NCBI RefSeq assembly: GCF_037042905.1
Contig: NC_087246.1
Span: forward strand, 26,660,001 to 26,724,000
Origin: Lytechinus pictus
Lineage: Eukaryota
Length of the DNA stretch: 64,000 nucleotides
Direction: 5' to 3'
The notes beneath the pieces are model-generated. The model made no database searches. It was not told where the DNA came from and was given only the letters and a program-made list of their open reading frames with translations. Position numbers and translations under genes: made by a program. Positions 37,682 to 51,647 of this stretch are shown here, piece by piece. Within the stretch, counting starts at the first letter, position 1. Every line of letters starts with the position of its first letter.

Positions 37682-39224
37682 CTGGAAAGAAAACCCAATG
37701 CAATTTGACATTCTGGGTCCCGTAACACAAAGGTTAGCAATTGATCGTATGCTTGATTTTTTTCAATTGATTGTACATTGTAGTCAATGGAATCAGTCAT
37801 AGAAAAATGTTCTACGATCATTGCTAAGTTTTGTTATGGGCCCCTGGTGTAATCCAAATATCTTACACTACAGGTTCATTTTGTTTGATATTCAAAATAT
37901 CAACTTGGAATACTCAGTCACAGGTTATTTCTCAATGTCAAGTCTACTCCAACAAAGAGCATGATGAATAAAAAGGAAAAAATACCAATTACCATAACTT
38001 TAATAGTATCACCATGTATAAAGTCATTTTAATATATTGTTTTATTTCATTTCTTTGTCAATTTTCAACATACAAATCAGAAATACAGATCAACGTTCAA
38101 TGAGATTTGACAATTTGATTATATTTTTAGTGTTATGCTTGTCTGACTTTTCTATATTTGTTTACATCATTATCAACTTGTTTTCCATTGAATTAATATA
38201 AACAAAACTCTTGAAATGAAGAATGATTTATAAGACTACAACTGAAAAACTCTATTCATATATACCAATGTTTTCAATCTATTTTTTTCAATAACACAGA
38301 TATGTTCATTTCAGGCACAGGTACTGTACATAGATTAGATGTATATGAACATTGTTGGTTAACAGAGTTGCTGGGGTATGCTGTTCTTAAATCTCTCTAA
38401 TGCAAGTAAAAAGAAGATTTGATTTATCTATTAATATTATCAAACCAATATGTGATACATATAAAATAAATCTTCTTTTTACTTGCATTAGAGAGAATTG
38501 TTGCTGGAATAGTGCCACAAATGTCCCCTGACAGTTTCATGGCTCAAGTTTACACTGTAATTATTCATTTTATTTAATATCCATCTATATAAATACAATA
38601 CAATATTTAATTACTCTAACATACTTTAATCATAGTTTGGAATTATAAGTATCTTCTTGATTACAGACTTCAAATTTTAGGCACTAGCTTGCTTATTGCT
38701 CATCATGTCTACACATGTATCATATTCACAATGAAATCCAACAATTAACAATTCAACTGAATGGAAAGAAAAATGTTACATGTTTTCAGAACAGTATTCT
38801 GAATTCATGAAGCAACAATGTATACATTGTCATCATTTTCAAAACACATCCTAAGAGGCTCTGAAATAGATATTCAGATACACATGTTTTATAGTACAAT
38901 ATCTTAATACCAAGTATGACTCTAAAATTTTGTGTGAGATAGATATCACAATCTAGTTCAGGTATAAATTGGTGAAATGCTAATTGATGAAAAAAGACCC
39001 TCTAATTCGTACACATCACATAATCTCACTGATTTCAATCATTTCACTCCCCAAAATTTAGTGATATACATGTAGATCCAAAGTCTACTAAAGTTTTATA
39101 CTTTTGATGTATGTTGCAAATGCTAGACATTAAAAAAATCATGAAATACTTTCACTGCTTATTAAATATCGTAAACTGAAACTGTGGATATGACTAAATA
39201 AAAGTGGATATGAATAATGCATAC

Positions 39225-39330
39225 TCAACATTCTTGGCAGCCAGCACCAGACGAGCTCTATGAGCAAAGGGGCAAAACCGGTAACTGTAGAGACGAGGAA
39301 CTCCCTTCTTCAGAGGTGGGAGTGGCTCTC
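39225..39330 (-). CDS. GSTO1: GSTO exon 2 (active site)
   Basis: GEPLPPLKKGVPRLYSYRFCPFAHRARLVLAAK; CPFA catalytic motif of omega GSTs. Confidence 0.93.
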
Positions 39331-39685
39331 CTGTGAACACCAATAGATAATTCAATCATATTATCATTCAGAGAAAATCAAATATACACCAAAAGAAATA
39401 GTGGATTATCATCAGCTTCCTCATTTGTATAAGTAGCAATCATGCATAACAGTTTTGTGGAAATACATGTATATGTAATTTATAAGATAATATCTTCATC
39501 AGTTCTTTAAATGGCATGCCCTTCGAATCTTTTGGTAAATAAATACTGGTATAAGTTTTCTTGAAACAAAATTATTATTTCTAATATTCAAGAAAATGAC
39601 TTAGGGAGTCATGCAGTTTGTTATGTTGTTGGTCAAAATGAACTGATAGTACGGTTCACATAATGTTGCTTATATTTGTTGTTAA

Positions 39686-40288
39686 AGGTCAAGTCCACCT
39701 CAGAAAAATGTCGATTTGAATCAATAGAGAAAAATCAGACAAGTACAATGCTGAAAATTTCATCAAAATCGGATGTAAAATAAGAAAGTTATGATTTTTC
39801 AAAGTTTCGCTTATTTTTAACAAAATAGTTATATGAACGAGCCAGTTACATCCAAATGACAGAGACGATGATGTCACTCACTCACTATTTCTTTTGTTTT
39901 TTTATTGTTTGAATTATACAATATTCCAATTTTTAGGAATTTGATGATTAGGACCTCCTTGCCTGAAGCACAGAATGATAAAATAATGGAATTCCACGTG
40001 TTCAGGGAGGAATGAAACTTCATTTCACATGACAATGACGAGAAAATAAAAATATTTCATACTTCATATAATAAATTACAAAAGAAATAGTGAGTGAGTG
40101 ATGTCATCAGTTCCTCATTTGCATACCGACCGAGATGTGCATATAACTGTTTTGTGAAATGAAGCGAAACTTTAAAATGCCATAACTTTCTTATTTTACA
40201 TCCGATTTTGATGAAATTTTCAGTGTAATGCTTGTTGAATTTTTCTCTTTTTATTCAAATCAAGTTTTTGTTGGGGTGGTCTTGTCCT
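39686..40288. mobile_element. Kolobok-like MITE family A, copy 3
   Basis: TTAA-flanked with the same TIR family; in GSTO intron 1. Confidence 0.85.
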
Positions 40289-41296
40289 TTAAACATTAGG
40301 CATAAGAATGGGCTTAGAAAAATGCAAGTGTACTAAAAACAACCACATTTTTCAAAAGTCAAGGCTAAGCATTCATTATCAGATTATTCAGAGTGCTACC
40401 CCCCCCCCCTTAAAAGAAATAAGAGACCATGATCCATCCATCGTTCCATATTGAGGAAAGTTTTGACCCATACTTGTGATGTTGCTGGTAGTAGTAGACA
40501 GCGTAGTATATATGGATGGTATTCCCTGGTAATAGGGTATATATATGCTGGTAGGCAGATCGAGTAGCAAATAATACTTCCTTGATGTGATATACAGCTT
40601 GGTAGATTTAAACATTGATGGGCGTGTTGGTGACTTTGGGTGTGTTTAGACTTAATTTTCAAAGGCAATGTGAATTTTGGAATGCAAATAGAAAAAAATA
40701 CATATTTGGAGACATAAATAGTTAAAATAAATACCATAAGTGCCTTGAGTGGCATCATTGATTGATATGTCAAGTGGAACATCATCTTTTTAAGTGATAT
40801 GACATTTACAACTGTATACAAACCACATGATTTTTCATAAAAATAATCACATTGGATCCTTTGATTTCCTTCTCAAGAAATGATGTAACTTGGTTTTACA
40901 AACTTTTTATCTAAGGCAACCTATACAATTAACAGTCTTAATGTGCACATTCATATTAAGACATCATACAATGAGGAATGCAGAATAAACTCTCCTGATA
41001 AAAGATGCAGTAAAGACTTTAAAAAGAGTGACTAAATAGCTCTCTTGGCTCCTAAATTTTAGAGTGAACTCACCCTTTGTTGTTAGCAGTGTTTAACTCT
41101 TAATGTACCAAACAAATACATTAATTTTGCATACTACATTATTTGATTAAGTGTCTAAATAGCTCTTTTGGCTCCTAAATTTTAGTGTAAACTCACCCCT
41201 TTTCATTTGCATGGTTAAGTCTTAGAAATAAAAATGATTAATGAATTAGTTTTGCATACAGTACTGCAAGCATCATCATTGCCAACTGCTGACTAA

Positions 41297-41768
41297 GAGG
41301 CTGTTCTCACTACGTTCCTAAACTAGTTTAGTGGAAACTAGTTTAACGCGTAGTGAGAACGGTCAAAGCGGTCTTGGAAGCGATCTTCCAAACCAGTTTG
41401 AAAAACCACTTCGCGATGTAGTTTTCAGGATCGCTATGCCTCATTAATCTGGTTTTAGCGTAAGTCAAAACGGTCAAAGCGCGACTACACACGACACAAC
41501 CATTCTTCGGGAAGCGATCTTCACACATTTTGAGCGCGCTACTCCACACGACAGGTGTAGAATACCTACGCTGCGGTTTCGAATTTCGCGCGAAACGTGT
41601 CACCCCACTGAGAGCGTTTCCATAGCAACAAGAGCGCTTTACGTGAAGTGATTTTGAAAACCACTTTCGTGTGATCAAGTGAGAACGCTAGCAAAGCGAT
41701 CTTCCAAAGTGGTTTCCTGAATTGGTTTCCAGTAAACTAGTTTTAGAAAGCGTAATGAGAACGGCCTC
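41297..41768. mobile_element. Harbinger-like MITE
   Basis: TIRs GAGGCTGTTCTCACTACG..AAACTAGTTTA / TAAACTAGTTT..CGTAATGAGAACGGCCTC. Confidence 0.7.
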
Positions 41769-43112
41769 AAAGGTGTCCTATTGGTTAAAACAAAGTAATT
41801 CCTGAGGGTATCCTTTGTGTTTGCTTTAGGACCAGCAAGATTGAACGGCCTTATGCCCGCCATGGTTTATATTATGGGATGGGTGAAACAGGGAATTATT
41901 ATGGGATATCAGGTTTGAGAAAGAGTAAGTCAGCTTGCAAATTAAAAAAATGTTCAGATCTGGTTTTGAGGTGAAGGAGGGCAGCATAAAAAATGTAGAC
42001 CGGGGGGTTTCGTGCTGCACATGCCTGAGTGCCCTAATTCAGGGGAACAGAATGGGTAAGTGCTTGGTACCGTAAATGTGACAGTGTGAGGCTGAAGCAG
42101 TATAGTGAGTGTGTTGTTTATCTAGTCAAAGCATTACCAAACAAAATAACCACATTAAAATAAATTGTATTTGTCTGTTCTTAATTATTATGGCTTTATA
42201 GTTTTATGCTGAATACAGATTACAGTACCGACTACCGGTACGTATTGGGTGTCTGGAGAAAAAAATTATTTTTCTTATTTCAAGGAAATATCACATTTTC
42301 TTTGTGAATTTGAAGAGAAAAAACCTTCAGACTGACAGAAATGTAATATTTTTTGAAAAAATCCAATTATTGGCTGCAAAAAAGAAGATTGAAATTAGGT
42401 CCATTTTCAGCATTTCCCTGCCATAGACTGTGTAGTTAAGAAATGGACACACACAAATCCTAATTTTTAGCTTCCGAGAGCTGTTATAAATTTATTATTA
42501 ATGCCAAAAACTTGTCCATAAAGTGTCTAATAGGAATTTTTATGCTCTTTCCGATGGTATGATTTTTATAAAGATTTGGAAACCAGATCACAATGAAAAA
42601 TTGCGACAAAGTGAAAAAATTTGTGCAAAACAGAATTTCATTTTCTCATAGAAAACGCATGGGGAAATAACAATCTCAACACACACACAAATAAGGGTTT
42701 GCAATTTAGCTCTAAATCCTTATTTCAAATAATCCTATAAACTTGTCCTTACTGTCAAAAGAAGCCCCTGAATTTTCTCTTTCCATACATGCCAAACAAA
42801 AGTTAATAATCAATTCAGATCACATTTTTTTAGCAGCATGAATTTCCCGAAAAAAGTGTGCCATATTTTCCCCTAAATCAGCCTGTTTTAAGCTGACACT
42901 TTTCTGTGTGGCTTCAGACAATTACTAACAGTAATACCGGTACTATATTTTAATTGAAGTCTATAAGACTATATATAAAATGGTGATTGCTCACATTTCT
43001 GTACTACCTGTAGTAGGAGCCATATGCGAATTACATTTGACAGTGGCATTTATTCTTGTCTAGTGGCAAGAAGTCTAGAAAGTCATGAATATTCACATTG
43101 ATGTCTAACTTA

Positions 43113-43277
43113 TACCTTGGTCACATTTGTTCTACGGCGGCCGTACGGCGAGTCGAATACAGCCGTTTTAACATTTTTTTTGGTACCAGCTACATATAGG
43201 TGGTTTCAATAAAAATGAATAAAACGACTGTTTTCGACTCGCCGTACGGCCGCCGTAGAACAAATGTGACCAAGGTA
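43113..43277. mobile_element. Palindromic Harbinger-like MITE (copy 2)
   Basis: Near-perfect arms of about 45 bp, TTA/TAA flanks. Confidence 0.8.
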
Positions 43278-43460
43278 TAACTCACTCTAAGTCTAACTTT
43301 GCAACTGCGGTGGGGAAAATAATTTCGCTGCCTGGCGCCGCGCCAAGGCCTAGGCTGCACTCCCTACCGTACACTCCCTTGCAAGAGCAAGATCGAGATA
43401 CGGTACCGGTATATATTTTACGGTATTTCGCAAATGAGGTAGCAATACGAAATTACGAAC

Positions 43461-43503
43461 CTTGTACAATATGCTTTGGATTAGGCTTTGGAGACGGAGT
43501 CAT
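43461..43503 (-). CDS. GSTO1: GSTO exon 1
   Basis: MTPSPKPNPKHIVQG|gttcgt. The phase fits exon 2, and the six exons total 726 nt (241 aa). The start exon is less certain than the others. Confidence 0.7.
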
Positions 43504-44249
43504 CCTCACAAAAGAAATTCGCCAAACTCAATTCGGGAAACTGACTATTTATCTCGGTTTAGGCTTTAGCTCCACTGTACTTTTCGCCTTCTTTTGCTTC
43601 TTTTCCAATAAATGCAGATCATCGATCTCGCTCAAAGAGGCTATCAGATGAGACATTTCACATTTGATTGCTTGCGTAGCATAGACCTGTGTGCGGGATG
43701 AATTTGTCGATGTATAGTCATATAATTATAGAGATATAAAAAAATACAAAAATAAAAAACACGTATCTCTATAATTCCATTCATGTCGGCGTCAATTGCT
43801 CTAAAATCAAAGATTTTGCTACTTGTAGTCTTGTATTCAAATTCGAAAATATTCTCGCTCGGTCGCTAAACGCTCCCTCGTAAATTCGCAAAATATCATC
43901 TAAGTACAGAATATATGCGAGTTTATATATAAGAAGTCAATGATCTGCAAGACTGGGAAACTTTTTTTTCCAAATTAAGTAGGCCTACCCTATATACTTC
44001 ACCCACCACGAATATATATACTAATGCCATAAATGAAGCTTTAACTCCAAATCTCTCCCCTTCTCTCCGTGTTCTGTCAAAAGCGCTATGAATTGTCCTT
44101 TTTTCTGATTTTTTTTGAGGGGTGAAGACAATGTCCACAATTTTCGGCGCCAAATTATAATGCAAAATTTTGCACGTGAAGCACGCCGAAAAATAGTATT
44201 TTGATGTCAACATTGATGGTTTTATAGCACTTTCAGATCTTTTTTTAAA

Positions 44250-46300
44250 ACTCAATTTGCAAAATTAATGGGCAGAGCAAATTGGGCAAATTGATATGCT
44301 TTGCCGCATCCCCAATTGCGATCGCCCCCTGCCGCGCCCCGCCCCGCCCCATGATAGAAGCAAGAATGATATGATTCTGTTCTATACAATACTCTGTTGT
44401 GTAGACTTTTGTGTTATACAGAGCAGTGATCATTGGATCATATTCTTTTGCAACCTTTATGCATGAGTATCCCATTTAGTATGTTGCAAAATTAATGTAC
44501 ACTATTTTGAAGTTCATAAAGTTCTCCAATTAAATGTTAGGTTTACGGTGAAGTTAAAAAAAAATTCTCCTTGGTCACCACATCACTCTTGTAACATTTT
44601 TAAGGGTTATCATTGACATTAAGACTCCATCTCCTGTCATGTAGTTACACCTTTTGTTTACGTAAAAAAAAAAGCCTGGAGAGAGTACCAACGCGAACCC
44701 ATGCATTTCATGATGGGTCTAACCCCCCCCCCTCCCATCGTTAAAGGACAAGTCTACCCCAACAAAAAGTTATTTGAATAAAAAGAGAAAAATCTAACAG
44801 ACATAACACTTAAAATTTTATCAATATCGGATGTAAAAATAAGAAAGTTATGACATTTAAAATGTTCGCTTAATTTCACAAAACAGTTATATATATGCAC
44901 ATCCTGGCTGGTATGCAAAATGAGGAGACTATGACGTCATCCACTCATTATTTCTTTTGTATTTAATTATATGAAATATTCTAATTTCTCCTCTTTGTCA
45001 AGTGATACAACGATTAATTCCTCCCCGAACATGTGGAATTAGCATTGTTTAATTTGGTTCAGTCAAGTTTGTCCTTATTGTCAAATCTATAAAAAATGAA
45101 ATATTTTATAATTCAAACAAAAAACAAAAGAAATAATGATAGACATCATCGATTGACTCACCTAGTTGTGCGTATCACTGTTTTGTGAAAAAAAATAAGC
45201 GAAACTTATAACTTTCTTATTTTACATCCGATTTTAATGAAATTTTCAGCACTATTATATTTATAGGCTACTTTGATTTTTCTCTATTTATTCAAGTCAG
45301 CATTTTCCAGGGGTGGACTTGACCTTTCTATATACTGTTCATCTATAACAACGATCAGGCCCTGATGCATAATATACTAGATGAAAAGCATTTTGAAAAT
45401 GTGATCATTTTTTTCCGGCTCGGTCGCTACGCCCCATCTCGCAAAATACAAGACATATCTTTTTTTTTATAGGAGGGGGAATGGGGACTAGCTGCTTGAC
45501 CAGCTAAAGGCTATATCCACAATTATAAGTCATTTTCATTGTATTGAATAAACAATCGTCTAAAATATACTCAATCAGAAGCCCCCCAAAATAGAATGTA
45601 TATAGATTTTTGCACGTTGCAAAATTAATGGGCAGCGCAAATTGATATGTTTGCCGCATCCCCAATTGCGATCGCCCCCTGCCGCGCCCCGCCTCATGAT
45701 AATAGAAGCAACATATCATGCCAAATGATTTGATTATGTTCTATATACTCTGTTGACTTGTATAGACTTTTGTGTTATACAGGGCAGTGATCATTGGATC
45801 ATATTTTTTTGCAACCTTTATGCATGTTGAGTATCCTATTCATTATGTTGCAAAATTAATGTACATTTATATTTGGAAGCTCATAAAGTTCTCCAAATGT
45901 TAGGTTGCCCTTTCAAAATTTTCTCCTTGGTCACCACTTTCCCTTGTAACATTAAGGGTTATCATTGACATTAATACTCCATCTCCGGTCATGTTCTATT
46001 ACACCTTTTACGTAAAACAATAAAGCCTAGAGAGAGTACATACGCCCCAAGCAAACCAATGCATTTCCTGATGGGTCCCCGGCATTATATTAGGGTGCAT
46101 TTTTGAGGGAGTTGGACACGGGTGGGTATAGCAGTTCATGAGAGTGACCCCCCCCCCCAGGGATGGGTCCTACCCCCTTCCCCATCGTTAAATGTCATCA
46201 TATATATACATCTATTACACCCATCAGGCCCTGATGCATAATACATGAAAAGGCTATATCCACAATTATAGGCAATAGTCAATCAGAAGCCCTCAAAATA
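44250..46300. repeat. Local tandem duplication (unit about 0.6-0.75 kb); one copy carries a MITE
   Basis: GCAAAATTAATGGGCAG...CCCAATTGCGATCGCCCCCTGCCGCGCCCC starts at about 44259 and 45619, and the two copies remain collinear to ...CAGGCCCTGATGCATAAT. Confidence 0.85.
44745..45325. mobile_element. Kolobok-like MITE family A, copy 4
   Basis: Same TIRs; left TTAA intact, right TTAA eroded. Confidence 0.85.
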
Positions 46301-46910
46301 TAATCTAGAACCGCGCCTGCTCTCTCTCTCTCTCTCTCTCTCTCCCTCTCTATCTAAAGGATTTGTATATTCTTATATTTAAAAAAAAATGACTATGTAT
46401 TTTGTTGGCTTTAGCAATCACAAACAATATAGGGTTTCATTGCATTGTAACAATTTCAGAAAATAGAGGTAATAAGGGAGCAATATAGTAGGTCTCATTA
46501 ATCAGGGGCGGCGGGATGTATTTTCGTTTGGGGGGCAAAGCCAAAAAGGGCACTCATATGTCAAAATGGGCATTTTGGTGCAACCCGCTATTTTCTCCAT
46601 GAGAATGTCATCTGATTGATGAGATATGTTATTTGTGCTTCATTTTTCTGCGAGAGAGCATAGCCTGCGAGCGGTTTGGAAAAAAAATCAAATCTGAAGT
46701 TGCAAAACTCGCTTTTTGGTCAATTTTGGCGCTACCTACTGTTAAAAGGGCATGCATCTTTGTATTGCGAGCGCGAATCGTGAGCTCAAACTTTTGAACA
46801 ATAAGACTTAAAAATTAAACATTCTGAGCAGTTTTTGCAATTATGAAAAAAAGCGCGAAGCGCGAGGCCAACTTTTAATAAAATTACCAGAAAAGGAGAA
46901 TATTAAGGGC

Positions 46911-47420
46911 CCCGGAGGGAGGGGGGGGGGGGGGGAGCAGTCACATATATTGCTGCACACATGCGTGACAAAAACAAATCGGTTAAAGGGGTGTTTTTTT
47001 TTCCATTCTTGGAGGCGGGTCGCGCGTGCAAAAACACCGATTTAAAAAAAGGTGGTTTTCAAAGACTGGTCAATGTTCAATCGCGGGGTCAAACGTATTT
47101 AGGTTTTTTCAAAGCTTTTTTTTAGACTATAGCCAGACGTGGTGGTATTATGTTTCCCCCAAGATTTTCCCCTGGGTGTTTTCTCCTCGTTTCTGACAAG
47201 TGTTCGGGTCATTCTTCCCAATTGTAAGCAACGACCCCGTGAACGGGCCTGGGAATTGGGAGAACGGTTATTTACCAAGTATACAAAAACTTGTTTAGGG
47301 GCCAAAATGTGTAAATGAAGCCCGCGAAAAAAACTTGCATTTTGCACGGGTGTTTGGAAATAATTTGGTCACACATACATATTTATACAGCAATACATTT
47401 GACTGCCCCCCCCCCCCGGG
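46911..47420. mobile_element. Non-autonomous DNA transposon with CCCGG-polyG ends and 8-bp TSD, nested in a larger hAT-like element (about 46503-47845)
   Basis: TTAAGGGC at 46903-46910 and 47421-47428; TIR CCCGG..G(n)GCAGTCA / TGACTGC(n)GGG. Confidence 0.75.
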
Positions 47421-49022
47421 TTAAGGGCTGCATTTAGTGACACACAATAATGCGAGCACAAAGCACGAGCTGAACATTTGTGACATTTCCAGCCTGAAAA
47501 CTGGATAGTATATTTTTTGGTAACAAGGAACAGAGTGATATACTGAACAATAGTTGAAACTTTGTGCTGTTCCAATCTGTAAACTGGACATTCAAACCCG
47601 GCATCCAAAACATGAACAGGATGAGTACTTGATGCAAGCGCGAAGCGTGCATATGAGCCAATTAACAAAAAAGTGATTTTCTAACTTTAAAATATGTCAT
47701 GTTTTACTTCAAACATTGAAAAAGGGTACATTACAAGTTAAAAAAAAGGCATTTTCCGTTTTGGAAAAGGTCATTTTTTCCTATGAGGATTTTGGGGGGA
47801 GGGGGCAATTAAGTGCCCCCTGCCCCCCCCCCCCGGTTCCGCCGTAAAGAGTGATAAGATTTTTAAAAAATGAAGCCATTGCCACCGCATATTATTTTGC
47901 TAAAAATATTGTGTGTGTGATTGAGCATGTTTTTGCTTCTTAATTCTCAACATTTGATTATAGACTAATTTATTTACACATCGCAATATCAAAATTTGCA
48001 CTAAAATGAAAATAAAAGGGAGAAACCAATGCCGAATCACTCGAGCTCATTTGTATACAGTCATGACTTACCGGTACAAGTGCTTGTTCGTGTTTACAAA
48101 GATACTTGTGTTTATAGCTATAAGTGAGCACTCTCCGCAAGTTGGTTGTTTGAATACACGTGAGGAGCTCCACCAACTTGGCCTTGGAATGATTTTACGT
48201 TACATTTGAATTATTTATTATTGTGGGTGGGATTGTTAGCTAAGCCTATGAGGTCAGCTTCAGGAGAAGGTACGTTATCTTTCATTTCTGATATGTGACA
48301 GCACTGTTTTGAATTCGAAGAATCTAAGAAAATGGTAATTTAAACTTGCGGTACGGTACGGTACCTGCGGCTAGGTACGGCAACCATGAAACTCTCCGAT
48401 CGGGAAGCTCCCGGGGCGTGCGGCGTCGGCGGATCGGGAAGTTCAGCTACCAGAGGAGAGCGCTGGACCTAGTCTAATCTAGTCGTGTTTGTGCGTAGTC
48501 TGCAAATTTGACACTACCAATGACCATGTGTAGAGCTAGATAAAACTTAGACCAAAATTTTCGGTCTCTGTTATGTTGGTCGTTCCGCTGAACTCTGTCG
48601 GCTCCACTCACCAACGGCCAACACAACAGTAGAGGCGCACGGCCAATATGGGAGACTCTCCAATAATTAGGGGAGACAATCTCCGGAGTCCCACATTGAT
48701 GATTGGAGACTTGCTTTGCAAAAGGACAAAAGAAACAACACCAACAAAAGCATGATTTTTTCCACCCAAAATTTGTGATTTACAACAAAAATCCCTATCA
48801 AAACAAAAGTAGACGGTGAATTTTTAAAGGGGTAATTTTTCATGAGGAATCTGCTCATCACATTTTTTATTTGCCGCCAAGGTAATCCTATTGCAGCAAA
48901 TGTAAACAAAGGAAATTGGACTCCAAAACTGGAGACTGTCTCTGAAATTGGATACCCAAATTCTTTACCAAAGTCTCTGAAGAGTCTGATATTGGAGACA
49001 GTCTCCAACATTGGCAGTGCGC

Positions 49023-51400
49023 TAAAAAATGAGAGGTGATGAGGGTTACAGTGATGTGTGTTAGTTGTGATGGCACGAGTGGGTTAAACTTACAAGTACA
49101 ACACTGACAAGGGTTACGACTCACTAATTCACGAATGTGTTACCGACGGTACAAGAACAGTGACAACAACTTATACTTACCTGACACTTGTACAGACGAT
49201 TCCACACGGTAGATACACTCCGGTAACATACGACTTCTAATAACAGCTAGGTTGCAGACCATGGCGCCGAGTGGGGAGCTACTGGGATGTCCTCACTCGA
49301 TGGCGTCTCGGGGTCTTTTTTCTGTGGTGTCTGGATCCAATCTCTCTCATACTGCCCAGGCACCAACTTGTGTACGTGCTGTGCAACGCACACACGTAGC
49401 AGGCGTAGGAGCATATCAAGGCTGCTCCAATCAGAGCGCTCCTCGCATGCACATAGCACACACACAGACTTAATATACATGAACATAGATCAATACATAG
49501 ACTAATACACAAACTAATACATATAGGGTACTACAGGTACATGGCAAATTTACTACATTCCTCCCGGTTCCATCAGATTGCGACATATATTGACAAATCC
49601 ATGAATTGGCTATATTGTGCAATCTCAATAGATAAAACAGATATGAAGAACTCTGACAGAAGAATGTAATATATGCCTATATGATTAAAACTGATTAAAT
49701 ACATGACATCAATAAAATACCTCAGATACCGTACATAAAAAGTGTGATCTGAGGACATAGAATTATTCAATAACAATTGTTCATTTAAAAAAGATTGCTG
49801 GTCCAGCAAAATTAAATCTCTTATCACTCGAGACCAGCAAATATATACTTGGAGAAACAAGAACAAGCTAATGGTAAGTAATCCGGCCAGTCTGGCCCAG
49901 TCTTGTCTATGTACTGATACAAAAAATATCAGTGTTTTATATTACCGGTAAGTTGTATATTGTTATTAAAGGAATGACAATTAAAGCAATAAAGCCTACC
50001 GGTATTTGGCTGGAGCTCTACTACCAATATAGGCCTGTACAATGTGACCTTTACAAATATGATGATTGGTAATATGTTTGTGCTCTTAAAAAGCATGTAC
50101 ATGTAAGGATATTTCAACCAGATCTGGTGCAAATAAATATAACAACCTGGACTTGAAATACATACATAGTATTTTCCCTTGAGAAAAAACTACTACTATT
50201 TCAACATCCTGTATGACAATATTTCCAGGGTTGTTTATAAAGCCTTTGCAAACAAGGGAAAATATCTACGGTATATCTTATATATAAATATAAAAGAGCT
50301 ATCTATTGCCTAAACAGAGTTTGCACCTCTAGAGATAAAAGCTATTGAAAATAAGAGGTGTGCCTTCACCTTCTTGATTGTGTTCATGAAAGAAATTATA
50401 TTGTATAACAGAAATTTCAATTGCCGGACTTTCAGCAACTGATCAAGGAGGTACTTCTCCATTCTTGAGGTGGTGGCCAGGGAGGAAGGAGCCACAGACA
50501 AGATAAATGGAATTGGCCGTTACTTAAACTACAGACATACCTCTGGTTCCACCAGAAAAGAGAAGTGAGGAATTCAAGGATGGACAGCTTAGGAGGGGTA
50601 CTTCCCCAAAGCAATTGCTCAAGATAACTCTGCCCATGCTTGGTATCCTCAGTAGAGGCTCGACTGTCTTCTGACACAGTTACAAGACTTACATTATCTA
50701 CACCTATGGTATTTACTGTAACATTACTTACACATGTAGTATTTACAGTTACATTATCTACACATGTGGTATTTACAGTTACATCATCTACACTTAAGAT
50801 ATCTACATGTTTTACTGCTAAACGTTCTGGACAGTTCCTCTTAAAGTGTCCAGATTTGTTGCATGCAAAACAAACATCACGACAAGACAACTGGGATTCA
50901 TTGTCTTCTGTCGAAGGAGAATGTGTATGCCTATTCAGCTCTGGGACAGCAGTTTGATCTGGATTCACACTGAGTATAAGATGGTTTGGAATCCTCACTA
51001 GTATAGGGAGTACCAGGAGCATATCTAGAGTGATCAGTATATTGTGAATGTCTATCCTGATCAACGTTGGAAGAACCATATGACCTATGACCAAAATTCC
51101 TGGAACAATCTCCATAATGATCAGTCCTAGAATAACAAGATGCATCAGGATGCAAATTATCAGCCTGAGGCTTTCTACCAGTATTGGGTTCAGCATATTT
51201 ATATTGGCATTTATCAGCACATTTATATACAAGATCTGTTAAATCGAGATCAGATAAATAATATATCCTTGAACAATCAAACCTCTCATAAACAAATTCA
51301 TCTACAAAATTTCTTGGATAACCAAGCTTGTACAGATTATTTGCCAGTGAATAATCATATAAGTATCCATTACTAGTATTACGACTGTCTATAATGTCTT
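49023..51400 (-). mobile_element. LTR-retrotransposon remnant (gag-like CCHC knuckle, PPT plus partial LTR)
   Basis: CFACNKSGHFKRNC zinc knuckle in ORF 50432-51232. On the minus strand a purine tract GGGAGGAA is followed directly by TGTAGTA at 49557, as expected for a PPT-LTR junction. No pol seen. Confidence 0.55.
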
Positions 51401-51647
51401 CAACTAATCTTTGTTTTACTCTGGTAAATCGGATTTTGATTTTTTATTATTTTTTTATATTCATTTTTTATTTGCCGCCAAGGTAATCCTATTGCAGCAA
51501 ATGTAAACAAAGGAAATTGGATTCCAAAACTGGAGACTGTCTCTGAAATTGGATACCCAAATTCTTTACCAAAGTCTCTGATGTTGGAGACAGTCTCCAA
51601 CATTGGCAGTGCGCCTCTACTAACCAAAATACACCAGGGGCCCGTTT

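Noticed and set aside
38393-38497. AT-rich hairpin as a possible miRNA precursor
   Set aside because: It looks like a small inverted-repeat remnant and resembles no miRNA I recognise.
48230-48620. CpG-rich patch with donor-like sites, a possible first exon or promoter; also a possible exon at 55144-55323
   Set aside because: No linked coding exons could be assembled, so it cannot be supported without transcript data.
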